Assembly (NCBI GenBank): GCA_964016885.1
Contig: OZ024742.1
Coordinates: 125,798,001 to 125,862,000, forward strand
Reading direction: 5' to 3'
Length of the DNA stretch: 64,000 nucleotides
Source: Eledone cirrhosa
Taxonomy: Eukaryota
The position numbers and the translations under genes were made by a program. The stretch's first letter is position 1. Each line of letters starts with the position of its first letter. The notes beneath the pieces are model-generated. The model worked only from the letters and a program-made list of their open reading frames with translations, did not search any database and was not told the DNA's origin. Shown in pieces: positions 41,168 through 55,250 of this stretch.

Positions 41168-41170
<3 letters not shown>
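39360..41170 (-). mobile_element. 5'-truncated Naiad-like PLE (RT thumb, CxC linker, GIY-YIG, 3' UTR with HHR)
   Basis: VNFLDVTL, SNHP, IWYNP, RLSYS, CNC-x5-CPL-x3-C, IIYKC..YYVGST and, after a frameshift, CKLCNME..LNNKIE..CNH. Flanked by (TA)n at both ends. Confidence 0.88.
39416..39530 (-). ncRNA. Hammerhead-like motif with long stem II in the Naiad-like pLTR
   Basis: Minus strand: CTGAAGA A GTGACA...(~80 nt)...TGTTAC A GAAAC ATAT GTC; stem I is poor. Confidence 0.55.
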
Positions 41171-41220
<50 letters not shown>

Positions 41221-41228
41221 GAGAGAGA

Positions 41229-41267
<39 letters not shown>

Positions 41268-41300
41268 TTGTATTTCTAACATTTCTAGCTTCGTAGACCA

Positions 41301-41331
<31 letters not shown>

Positions 41332-41781
41332 CGTGCAGAAAGTTCAGTAAGTACATAGAAAACTGGTGAGAGAACTCAGATCACGACCCTGCTGCTTGAG
41401 AAACATTTGTAATCAGGATTGAGCAATAACACTCCTATGTAACACCTCCACTTTGTTCTTATTATAGATATCATTATGGATGGTTTCCCGAAGACTATTG
41501 GAACGTAACTACAGTTAAACGAGTTACTCAATACTTTCATATAGAAATGATATCTACTTTCTTGATGATTTCATACGAATAAAACAATTCTACTCCTGTA
41601 GAATACATTTCTATATATATATTTTATATATATGTATATATATATATGTGTGTGTGCGTGTATGTGTGTGTGTAGAGAGAGAGAGGGGGAGAAATAGAGA
41701 GAGGAAGAAGGAGAGAGAAACACGTGTTTAGAAAAGGGCCAGCTGAATTTGGAATTTGAAAATTTTCTAATTCAATTTTCA

Positions 41782-41824
<43 letters not shown>

Positions 41825-41825
<1 letters not shown>

Positions 41826-42140
41826 CGTTTCTGAATTTGTTTAGCAAGATTCGTTATCTGAAAGAAAACGTGTGTTGAAACCGATATTGTTATACTTTGG
41901 GAGGGTCATGTTGTCAATAAGAAACACACGCACCAGTTGCTTTCACTTCAATTTATTATAATAAATTTATAAATTTCCGGTTGGTTGGTTGGTTCCACAA
42001 CCAGATGATTGCTCATATATTGTCAAAGTTCTTTCGTCACACATTATGTGACCTCTTCAGTGACTGGGGATTCTTTTCTTTGTTTTTGTGCCTCTCCTTT
42101 GTTCTGTCCTACGCCATCTTGTTTTTGTGTGTGTGTTGTG
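41825..42140 (-). mobile_element. Non-coding PLE-like terminal element with hammerhead (42021-42065)
   Basis: Minus strand: GTCA CTGAAGA GGTCACATAATGTGTGAC GAAAG AA CTT TGAC. Near-identical inverted copy at 46070-46340. Confidence 0.75.
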
Positions 42141-42144
42141 TGAT

Positions 42145-42808
42145 TACGGCTTAATACGGGATGTTTGTTTACAAACACACCGACCATTATAATAAATGTT
42201 CGGTGAATCCATACGTGCATATATATATGTGTGCATGTGTGTATATATATATACTTAGTACTGTACGTCTGTATACATATATGTATGTACGTATACATAC
42301 TTATATTTAAGTAACAGCCGTACTAAGAGTGGGAAATTAAATTTCGTTTCATTGTTTCGTTTCATTTTTTCTGGTTATCGTTTTCGGTGCACCCGGCCGA
42401 TTAACCCACTCGATATGCAAATTGGGCTACTCAGCCGTTAATATACATAAGGTAAGTATATACGTTCAACAATCTGGCAGGAAGGTATACGTTGCTGACG
42501 ATAGCTAATAAGCTTGAAAGTAGTACAGCGTTCCTTTGTCAGTGTTGAACAAACGAGCAACGATGGTTGCTATACACTACGGCTTAATACGGGATGTTTG
42601 TTTACAAACACACCGAGCATTATAATAAATGTTCGGTGAATCCATACGTGCATATATATATGTGTGCATGTGTGTATATATATATACATACTACTGTACG
42701 TCTGTATACATATATGTATGTACGTGTACATACTTATATTTAAGTAACAGCCGTACTAAGAGTGGGAAATGAAATTTCGTTTCATTGTTTCGTTTCATTT
42801 TTTCCGTT
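42145..42808 (+). mobile_element. ~1.5 tandem ~433-bp retrozyme-like units (same family as 30930-31797)
   Basis: TACTAAGAGTGGGAAAT at ~42321 and ~42754. HHR at 42489-42531: ACGTTG CTGACGA TAGCTAATAAGCTT GAAA GTAGTA CAGCGT. Confidence 0.75.
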
Positions 42809-42835
42809 TATATATATATATATATATATATATAT

Positions 42836-43255
<420 letters not shown>

Positions 43256-43608
43256 TTCTGGTGCTTGCTGAGGAGATAGAAATGCGGTATTCTTTCACTG
43301 TTTCATTTTTCGAAACTTATTTGGATTTTAAGGTTTAAACCAGTCTACAGAACAGGTTTGATTTTGAAATTTAAATTTGTCCAAGCACCATGGCCATTTG
43401 CCAATATGCTTTGTTTTTATTGATTTATTATTTTAAATCGAGACAGGAAAACTGTATTAGTATAATTAGTATTTTTCAATCTAGCTAACTTAGTCGTTTA
43501 CAATACAATAATTTATATTAACTTGTATTACACGGCTCAGAAATACTTCTTTCTTTAAGCTATTTCTTTGTAAAGGACTACCTTTGTTTTTAACTCATTA
43601 TTAATAGT

Positions 43609-43693
<85 letters not shown>

Positions 43694-43739
43694 TAGGGTG
43701 TGGTAAAACAAGCTACCAGATTACTCGATACTAGGAGTA

Positions 43740-45324
<1,585 letters not shown>

Positions 45325-45334
45325 TATATATGTA

Positions 45335-46045
45335 TAACGTTGAAAGAGATAGAAGGCTAAACAATGCAAAATGGACTCTGAGGTAACGAAAAGTAAAAGT
45401 TACCTGGTAATCTTTGTTTTGTTTTGTTGTTATTGTTGTTGTTCTTTTATCTGTCCAATATTTCGGGACCTAAAAGTCCCGTCATCAGGGTTTAAGGAAT
45501 TTTCAGTTCCAATTTCCTCTCTTTGGGATAAAACTTTGATTTTGATTTTAAAAAATTTCTAAGTCGTTTTCAAGCGTTTTTTTTTTTTATGGTTATTTCG
45601 CTCTCTACGTGAATGACGCCATTGCCAATATAGTATTTCGTGAAATCAATTTTCTTTTTTGTATGAGATGTTTAGTTTGTGTGCCCGTGGACGTGTCTTT
45701 TTATGTCAAGTACTGTGTGCTGAGTTCTGATATATTATTTATTTGCGGGTTGAGTCTACATATGAGCAAGGCTTCCTTAATTCTTAAATTGTCCACATTT
45801 CTATTACTAACTTTAACGGTAACGGTAATATGTTGGTTGATGTTTCTACATTTGTCAATGTGTTTTTTTAATGAGGATGCGCGTGTGTTGAGGTGTTCTT
45901 TAATGCGTGCGTGCAGTGCTCGAGTCGTGTTGCCAATGTAGAACTCCCTACATTTGTTGCATTCAATCCGCTATACCTTGTGACCGCTGGCACATACCTG
46001 TATAGCGGATAGGGCAATTAGTCAGCGAGCATTGAGACAACAACA
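45335..46045 (-). mobile_element. 5'-truncated PLE: GIY-YIG domain + pLTR with hammerhead (45453-45492)
   Basis: IECNKCREFYIGNTTRALHARIKEH...IKEALLI..LNPQIN. Minus-strand HHR CTGATGA CGGGACTTTTAGGTCCC GAAA. Confidence 0.82.
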
Positions 46046-46069
46046 ATCAATCAGAATATATATATATAT

Positions 46070-46340
46070 TGTGAACACACACAAAAACAAGATGGCGTAG
46101 GACAGAACAAAGGAGAGGCACAAAAACAAAGAAAAGAATCCCCAGTCACTTAAGAGGTCACAGAATGTGTGACGAAAGAACTTTTACAATATATAAACAA
46201 TCATCTGGTTGTGGAACCAACCAACCAACCGGAAATTTATAAATTCCTAAATTTATAAATTTATTATAATAAATTGAAGTGAAAGCAATGGTGCGTGTGT
46301 TTCTTATTGGCAACATGACCCTCCCAAAGTATAACAATAT
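46070..46340 (+). mobile_element. Inverted homolog of 41880-42140 with mutated HHR core
   Basis: GTCA CTTAAGA GGTCACAGAATGTGTGAC GAAAG. Confidence 0.75.
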
Positions 46341-46859
46341 ATATATATATACAATGCAGTGGTGATATGTATATTAGTTTAACGCTTGATATTTTAGGAC
46401 TACAGTCTTAACCTTTCAGACTTCATAACGTTTCGGAAAGAAACGGAAAAGCAATTTTCTCCTGAGGAAAATACATGTCTAGTTAGTCAGCCATTTCAGA
46501 TACATACTCAGTAATATTTGTTGCCTAGTAAGGGATGTTCTAAAAACCAATCAGAATAAATCTAATACCTATCGAAAAGAATGTATAATCTTGCAATGGT
46601 CCGGGGACAAAGAAATCACGAATTAGTACCCTGTTTGTCATAATAATATCTTTAAGAGAACGTTACTTTGATATATACAGGAAATGATCTGGTCCATTTT
46701 TTGGTGGGAGGCCGACATTAGCTTGTATTAAAGTTCATGATACTCTTAAACTGCTCAGCATCTCATGGCCTTTATGGTAACCGGGTATTATTATTTTTCT
46801 TGTCTCTGGATCGTGACAGAAGGGTAGAGTAGAGACTATGCGATCGGTTCGGTTCAAAC

Positions 46860-47265
46860 TGGTGCATTCGGGAAATTTAGTCGATACCTAGTCCCAGGAA
46901 ACATCTAAGATGCTTTTCCAGTCCCCCGCTAACAGTATAAATGCTTCCATGCACCTTAGAAATTCGTGCCATCCAACCCACCATGGCGTTGACGACCATA
47001 CGTCTAAAGGCACTACCTTTGCTCTTGTTCATATACAGGACCACCAACTTACCGTGCGGGTCCAAGAAGATCGACCGTACCTCGAGTTTCATGCCTCTCC
47101 GAAACAACACCTCCCATTCCAGGTCGTCTGAGAGATGCATAGATCTCAATACCGTCACAATTCGGGGCTAGAGTGCATGTGTCAGAAATCTTGGTGTCAC
47201 TGATGGCAGTCACATCCATAGCTAGTGACCTGAGGTCCTTAACCAAATGATCTTGCTTCCATGTA
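46860..47265 (-). pseudogene. Degenerate L1/Tx1 APE endonuclease fragment
   Basis: DLRSLAMDVTAISDTKI and LEVRSIFLDPHGKLVVL, homologous to 1650-2096 and 20430-20950. Confidence 0.8.
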
Positions 47266-47929
47266 AAAATTCAAAACGGAAAATTCTCCACATACTTCGC
47301 TCGGTGACTTGTGGAGAAAGCCCACAAAAAGCGGTGATCACCCTGACCCCTATGGCAAATACCGCTTTCTAGTTGTCCTCCTCCAATCTATGGACGTGTA
47401 TTCAAAGCAAGCTCATTCACTTGAGCACCACTCACCTCTCTCATCCACCTTTCAACAAACTGGTTGGAAGCCAGCACATCCCTCTCCACCCCGATGTTTC
47501 TCTTCAAATGAAATCTCAGAAGATTAATCAGGGGTTCCGTCCGTTCATTGCTTGAGCACGCTATTCCACTACATGGAGCTGCCTCTACAGGTACCGAGAC
47601 GCAGGCCCAGCGATTTTACTGATTACGTCTCGTATTTCCTGTGAGCAGTGCCGTGACCAGACCCAATATGATTTAGGTTTGATAATTATGTTATTCTTTC
47701 CGAATTTATGTATCTAGATTATCAAATGTGCTGAAACCCTCATACTTAACTCTGAAGATATCGTAATTTCTATAGAAAATGTGCTGCTGCTTTTATCAAA
47801 TCATACAAGTGCTAAAACTAATAATATATATTCAGAACCACAGCTGTGTTCGGCGCTTTATTAATATTCTAGTAACAGAAACTTTAAAAAACGTCTTCTA
47901 CGTCCTGCAGCTATGTGTAAAAGTGTGTA

Positions 47930-47991
<62 letters not shown>

Positions 47992-48046
47992 CATCTACGC
48001 ATACATACATACATACATATGAGTGTTTTGATATATATGTGCTTTT

Positions 48047-48120
<74 letters not shown>

Positions 48121-48199
48121 GTATATATGAAATTAGAATTTTATTTATCGCCCTAGCACAGCTGATACATAAATATAAATATGCACACGTACACACATA

Positions 48200-48473
48200 T
48201 ATATACATACACACACATATATACATATACATATGAACGTATGAGTTATAGCAAATATTAATGATAATGTACGATTAGTTTGTAAACAAACGAGCCAGAT
48301 TTGAAGCTGTGCCGTGCCGGTGACCGATCGTCACCTGTTTGTTCAACACTGGCTTTGAGGAACAATCAACATGTTTCTGGGTCATTACCCTTCATCAGGA
48401 CTGTAAAACCTCTGCTAGTCTGTTGAACGGTTGAAAATATATAGTATTTTCTTAAGTACACATCGGCTGATAC

Positions 48474-48504
<31 letters not shown>

Positions 48505-48830
48505 TACATATACATTTGTCCGTGTGGGTTATATCGAACATTAATAATAACTCGCCCGGTATGCAAATGAGGCTACTCAGCCGATGTGTACTTAATAAAA
48601 TACTATATATTTTCAACCGTTCAACAGACTGGCAGAGGTTTACAGACATAATGTTGATTGTTCAGAAACATGTTGATTGTTCCTCAAAGCCAGTGTTGAA
48701 CAAACTGGTGACCAACGAACACTTGCACAGCTTCAAATCGGGCAGTTTGTTTACAAATGAATCGAACATTATTATTAATGTTCGATATAACCCATACGTA
48801 CGTATGTATATGTATATATGTGTGTATATG
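48200..48830. mobile_element. Inverted pair of retrozyme-like units with an intact HHR at 48362-48404 (minus)
   Basis: 48230-48470 is the reverse complement of ~48578-48810. HHR: ACAGTC CTGATGA AGGGTAATGACCCA GAAAC AT GTT GATTGT. Flanks resemble the 30930 family (CAGTGTTGAACAAA, TTTGTTTACAAA, ATGCAAAT..GGCTACTCAGCCG). Confidence 0.75.
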
Positions 48831-48881
<51 letters not shown>

Positions 48882-48886
48882 ATATG

Positions 48887-48967
<81 letters not shown>

Positions 48968-49000
48968 ACGTGTGCATACTTACATTTATATATATATGTA

Positions 49001-49053
<53 letters not shown>

Positions 49054-49060
<7 letters not shown>

Positions 49061-49229
49061 ATATAGAAATGGCTTCTACGGGACTTGAACTGTTTAATTC
49101 GGCAGAAATATGATTTCTCCGGAATGAAACAGTTCTACTCCTGTAGAAGCCATTTCTATATTAAATATTTATACTCTGCTATGTATTGAGTACCTTACTG
49201 TGGTTACCGCCGATTTAACCCGGGATAAA

Positions 49230-49233
<4 letters not shown>
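49054..49233 (+). mobile_element. Fold-back element (AGAAATGGCTTCTAC family) with tail
   Basis: Imperfect palindrome 49054-49168 containing GAAAC AGTTC. A relative at 41541-41615 retains a CTTGATGA...AAAAC AATTC core. Confidence 0.6.
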
Positions 49234-49264
<31 letters not shown>

Positions 49265-49280
49265 TATATATAGAGAGAGA

Positions 49281-49394
49281 GAGTTCAAATCCTGCCAAGG
49301 TTAACTTTGCCTTTCATCCTTACGGGGTCGATAAAATAAAGTACCAGTAATACACTGGTTATTTGCTGGCCTTGTGCCAAAAGTAGAAACAATT
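49281..49394 (+). mobile_element. 5'-truncated tRNA-derived SINE
   Basis: Runs from the B box to the 3' end of the family. Confidence 0.8.
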
Positions 49395-50167
49395 ATATAT
49401 ATATATATAATGTAATGTAATGCTGCTGCAAAACTTTATTCACTCGCTGATAGGAGTTTATTTCCAGTTTAAACTGAGGTAATATATTGATTCAAAATAA
49501 TTTCGTAATTTAAATGACGAGCATAAATAATCATCACCACGAAGAAAATTCATACGAAAATATTAAAATCTATTAAACAGATAAGAAAAGAAATAGTAGC
49601 TAAAATGGTATTAAACGAAATTGATTTTTTTTTTTCAATTAAAAATAATTAAATAAAAGTAGTAATAAATACAAAACTGGATATATTTTCCACTCCATTA
49701 ATTATATTCCCATCCATAACAGTTATTCTAGTTTCAAAATTCCATTATAAAATGAATTCTAAGGAAGAAGAAGAATGGAAAAAATAAAACAAGTATACAA
49801 TAGTGGAGATCTTAATCGAAAACCGTGCACAAAGAGTGAACACTACCAATATCTAACATCAAAACATTAGATATTACGTTGTAACGGAGAATAGTAAAAG
49901 AGAAGAAAGCAAATTGAGAGGAAAGATAAGACTTCAAATGTCCATAGTATGTGTGTATTCTTTGTCTAAAAATATTATAAACGACAACCAATCCGGATGC
50001 TAAATAATTTTCAAAAATATATCTTTCTTTAATAATGTTCACCCCTCTTTATACATCCGGCATTTAAATCATACGAGAGGTTTTGATGCTCACGTCATTC
50101 ATGTGAATACTTTGATAAATATATGGTTCTATTGTTAAATTCACGTCGACATAATTTATAATTTCTG

Positions 50168-50221
50168 TGTAGTAGTAGTAGTAGTAGTAGTAGTAGCAGC
50201 AGCAGCAGCAGCAGCAGTAGC

Positions 50222-50275
<54 letters not shown>

Positions 50276-50296
50276 TGTAGTAGTAGTAGTAGTAGT
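50168..50296. repeat. (TAG)n/(CAG)n microsatellite
   Basis: Direct reading. Confidence 0.99.
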
Positions 50297-50859
50297 GCGA
50301 CCGCCAGTAGAAGTGTATTTGGTTCACATTCCATTAGCAGTAGAGTGCAATGAATTTAAAAAGGGAAGATCTGTGTGGTTGTTCGACCTGCTAGAAATAG
50401 CAGCTTCAAAATTTACATTTCACACTTTACCGTCTTAGATGGCAGAGTTAATCCGTGAAATATTTTAACAGGATCCGTTTATCCGTTCAGTGCTTTTAGT
50501 GCAGTTCAATCTATGTGCATGCGTGTTTGTGTGTGTGTGTTTGTGTTTGTGTGTGTTTGTGTGTGGGGGGGGGGGTATTTATGTGTGCATGTGTGTGCAA
50601 GGGAGAGAAACCTTGTTGGAAAAGTATATTCTTTCCCTCGTACCTTTGTAATCACAAAACGACTCATACTTTTTTTCATTCTTTTAAAAAGAATGTTATA
50701 TTATTATTTTATTTTATTTCGGCATTTAATGTCTCTAAAGATTTACTCTGGTTAAATGCTGACGATTCTCCATTTAAGCTTCCTATGAAGAAGGAATTGT
50801 ATAAAAAATAAATTGATACAAAAAAAAGTGTTTTTCTATTTGTAATTATTTGACGATGG

Positions 50860-51110
50860 CACCGAATTGGTTAAAACGCCGGGTAGAGTGATTTGTGATA
50901 TTCGTTACAGTTCTCTGCACTCTGAGTTCAAATCCCACCAAGGTTGATTTTGCTTTTCATCCATTCGAGGTCGATAAAAAACAGCAACAATCTAGTCGAT
51001 ATCTCTTTCTCACTTCCCTTTCTCTCACTATCTTTCTCTGAAAGAAATCTGCTGTGTTCAGACATGGAAAGGAAATGAGCTCCGCCAGGTTTTAAAATGC
51101 CCAGTATGTC
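50860..51110 (+). mobile_element. tRNA-derived SINE, long-tail variant
   Basis: CTGAGTTCAAATCCCACC, central domain and shared tail. Confidence 0.7.
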
Positions 51111-52611
51111 ACTTCGACTTCACTACGATTTACGGGTACAAAAGCAATTATTTGACGATGGCTAGAGAGAAAGAATAACATTTACCAACTAGGCTTTACT
51201 CGTGTAATGGATTTATATTACGGAGAAAATTCCATCCAAAAATAAAATGAGGGCTGTATTTTTGTGTGATGACGGTCATCACTATGAATTTATTGAAGAA
51301 GCTGCTACAGGCGATAAAGTAGCTCATACACTAAAAAAAAACATGGCAGGAAGGGACATAGTTTTTCTGTATTTCTTATGTTTGAGAATATGCATAACCG
51401 CTGCCCCTCATCCTCTGATTCGGTCACTAAAAAAATGTCAATTGATTTTCAGAAATGGTAGAATACCAGGTTTAGTATTCAGTATTTAATTCCATTCCAC
51501 ATTATTCTGCATTCCAGGCCTTCAGAATCAGACAATCCTTTTTATCTCACGGGTATTTGATCACACGAAACGTATCGGTTATCGTTTCAATCGTCTCTAT
51601 CTACCCGCTTCAAGAGTATGGCTGCTTGCCAATGTATGAAACGAAAATGATAAACATACACGGCATGTATGCGACAATGAGTGTTTATGTGCGTGATATG
51701 ATTGTGTGTAAATTTTACATTAAATATTCACATTTGAAGTTAGTGAAACTTATCGGAGTCTCATCGGTTAGTTAATGGTTCACAAGAACTTAAGGCAAGA
51801 CACCAAAAGAGATTCAAATGATTGTGGATACAGCTGAGTTAAATGAGTATGTTCGTGTACCCAAACATCAATTTACTGAAAATTCTAAATCTTTCTTGTC
51901 TCTCATTATCTGTCTAGAACACATAAATATATAACAGCCTAAATACATCCTGACAGAATTAGTCATATCAACAAACATTACAAAACTACTGCTTCAAATT
52001 ACACCCTATCAAAACAAAAACTATATACACATTAGTTAATGTAGTCCTAGATACACTATGTTTGAATAAAAAAAAAAGTGTAATCGTCACTGCGGAAAGA
52101 CACACTGATTATTTAATGTAGTCGGCGTTGCTCTATGCTTGAATAAATAATAGAATCGTTACTGTAGAAACACCTTTGCTAAAGAATAGTGCACACACTC
52201 ATAGGATAAACCAACAAGGAAACATGTACGTAGTCCTTCTGGCAAACAAATCACTTCCACCACCATCTTACAAAAGCAGTATAGGGGTAAATAGGAAGAT
52301 AAAAGATAGATACATGTAACCAGCATTGATCAATAAATTTCTTAATGTAACACGTCCACTTTGTTCGTGTATATATATATATATAAAGTTCAATAAATGA
52401 GAAAGCAAACACAGATATGCAAAAACAGTCTTATTAGTTTCCCGCTTAGGAAAACGTAGAGGGGGGGGTGATATTTCCCACATAAGTCCTTCTTCAGGAA
52501 ATAGAGAGTTCGGAGAGAGAGAAAGAGAGTGAGAAAAGGTCCAAACATCGGAATTTGAAAGAAAAAGAAGTGCATACATACATACATACATACATACATA
52601 CATACATACAT

Positions 52612-53221
52612 GGTGGCTGCCAACTCGTTTTCGAGTACGGCCACTCCTTTATATCCATGTAGGAGAACGCCTACCGATGCGCTGAACGAGTGTGACTTTT
52701 TAGTCCAGCCAGCGTATTGAAAACTCTGGTACAAACACTACACTTGTGACAATTATTGACACATAGTGCTGGGCCCATGGTACCATGTGACGACAAGTGC
52801 AGGGAGATCTCCAGATATAAAGCAATGCCTGTGCCGTGAAGCTTTTATAGTGAGCAAAGGCACTGCACAAAGCCAGTCCCACTCTCTTAACCAAGATGAT
52901 ATTTACCAAAAAGAAGAACAAGTCAACATCATTGGATACCATCAGGGTTGCCGGTGTTATATCAGAGTTTTCCTTCTCCTAGAATTCTGCCTTGACAAAG
53001 GCTAAGGGGTCATCTCTCCCGGTGATTTTGGATGGCCATTGACTCTTAAGAGCTCCTTTGCCCTTTGACAGGTTTTGTTTTTAGTCCTGCGGGATGTCCA
53101 AAGTCACCCTCCTCACCAAGAAACCTTGTTGGGGTTGCCAGTTTAGTCGCCAACGTCCCGACCATGAGACAGGTTGTACTGGGATACATGTTACCAGTAG
53201 CACCAACTGGTGACCTGACAC
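52612..53221 (-). mobile_element. Bipartite RTE-derived non-autonomous element with (ATGT)n tail
   Basis: Colinear with 4823-5300. Its 3' end GGCCGTACTCGAAAACGAGTTGGCAGCCACCATGTATG matches 58663-58700. Confidence 0.6.
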
Positions 53222-53284
53222 ATACATACATACAGCATGGCTGAACACAACTTCAACAACGTTAGTTGAGCACCGATAATAATT

Positions 53285-53540
53285 CTGCATGTAATAACTA
53301 GATGTTCACATGTAGAGATACAAAGCATATGGACAGGTACACATATAACTCAAAACATACACATCCACACATACAATAACATCCATACCTGCACACACAC
53401 ACTCACGCATGCAGACATGCATACATATCTACTAAGTTAATGTTGTCTCAATTCCAATGAAAGAGACGTGTCTATGTTAGGAACCGATTCTCTCTCTCTA
53501 TTGGTGAACATTTATAAAATTATGAAACCAGAACATACAT
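53285..53540 (+). mobile_element. 3' UTR fragment of the second R4/Dong-like family
   Basis: Reverse-complement homolog of 9335-9580; ends in ACATACAT. Confidence 0.75.
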
Positions 53541-53610
53541 ATAAATTTATAATTTGCTCAACGCTTCTTAAATAAGTTTGGTTGCATACAAGTCTGTGTT
53601 TATGTATACA

Positions 53611-53711
<101 letters not shown>

Positions 53712-53836
53712 CAGACCCATCGAAACCGGTCATTTTTTATACCCTTTATTATTTCCTTACCTTATAAAATTATGTTTTCTCACAAAAAAGTATTCTGTCT
53801 CTTATATATTCCATGTGCCATTACCAACCTCAATTT

Positions 53837-53867
<31 letters not shown>

Positions 53868-53868
<1 letters not shown>

Positions 53869-54057
53869 GGAACGAGTAGGACCCCGACGGCTGAGCTCAA
53901 GCCGTTTCGACGGCTAATTCAGAATTAGCCGTCGAAACGGCTGTAGCTCAGCCGTCTGGGTCCTACTCGTTCCTATTACCCACTCTACTACCCTAAGTAT
54001 TGAGTACTTTGGTGCGTTATGGTCCATCTGGTTCCTTACCACATTTCCTTCGTTATA

Positions 54058-54147
<90 letters not shown>

Positions 54148-54205
54148 ACGAAGTAAATGTGGTAAGGAACCAGATGGACCATAATGCACCAAAGTACTCA
54201 ATACT
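53868..54205. mobile_element. Fold-back element, GAGCTC family, plus an inverted tail across a (TA)n
   Basis: Palindrome 53868-53975 centred on GGCTAATTCAGAATTAGCC; tail to 54053; reversed tail at 54148-54205. Confidence 0.75.
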
Positions 54206-54247
54206 TATATATATACTTATATATACTTATATATAATACTTATATAA

Positions 54248-54359
<112 letters not shown>

Positions 54360-54362
54360 ATA

Positions 54363-54520
54363 TATATTGTTATATTTGGTGAGGGTCGTATTGTTATAAT
54401 ATTGCTAGAAATAATAACAGAACACACTCACTGTTTGGTTCTGTTATTATTTCTGGCAATATTATAACAATATGACCCTCCCCAAATATAACAATATTTG
54501 TTTCAACATACGATTTCATA
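54363..54520. mobile_element. Fold-back element sharing its terminus (GACCCTCCC.AA.TATAACAATAT) with 41885 and 46316
   Basis: Palindrome 54363-54497 plus a short tail. Confidence 0.65.
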
Positions 54521-54570
54521 TAAAAAAAACTTGCAAAACAAGTATGTATATATACATTACCATTTATAAA

Positions 54571-54645
<75 letters not shown>

Positions 54646-54648
<3 letters not shown>

Positions 54649-55161
54649 CGATATATTAACAAATGGAAACTATATTTATAAAACCATATTTATTTCATTA
54701 TATATATTTCAAGGACACCAAGTTAAATTATGGTGTTCTTTCATCGGATAAAATATAATATAGAGCAATTTTATAAATAAATATTGACATACCCTTAAAG
54801 AATGCAACCATTACTGTTGGAAGCTCCCGGATAGTGGAGTTATATCTTTAATTATAGATATAACTATTAATTAAAGATATAACTCCACTATCCGGGAGCT
54901 TCCAACAGTAATGGTTGCATTCTTTAAGGGTATGTCAATATTTATTTATAAAATTGCTCTATATTATATTTTATCTGATGAAAGCACACCTTAATTTAAC
55001 TTGGTGTCCTTGAAATATGTATAATGAAATAAATATGGTTTTATAAATATAGTTTCCATTTGTTAATATCGTATTTTTACTCCAATTATTTGTTGGGTGC
55101 TTTATATCAGTTATAAAAATATTTGCTTGTTGTATCCCAACAATTTAAATAGAACTTTTAC
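54646..55161 (+). mobile_element. Large fold-back element (two ~205-bp arms), each arm carrying a hammerhead, plus a unique tail
   Basis: 54646-54855 is the near-perfect reverse complement of 54868-55074. HHR at 54967-55031: TATTTTAT CTGATGA AAGCACACC..GGTGTCCTT GAAA TATGTATA ATGAAATA. Confidence 0.85.
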
Positions 55162-55250
55162 ATATATATATATATATATATATATAGCTGTCGAAACGGC
55201 CGGACCTCAGCCGTCGGGTCCTGACTCTTTTCCTATATATATATATATAT

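Noticed and set aside
40020-41170. Selenocysteine-encoding Naiad (in-frame UGA + SECIS)
   Set aside because: The conserved positions read as ordinary Cys or Thr codons in the visible fragment; no in-frame TGA at those sites and no SECIS recognised.
51247-51489. 80-aa ORF in unique sequence
   Set aside because: No recognisable domain or splice context; within chance expectation.
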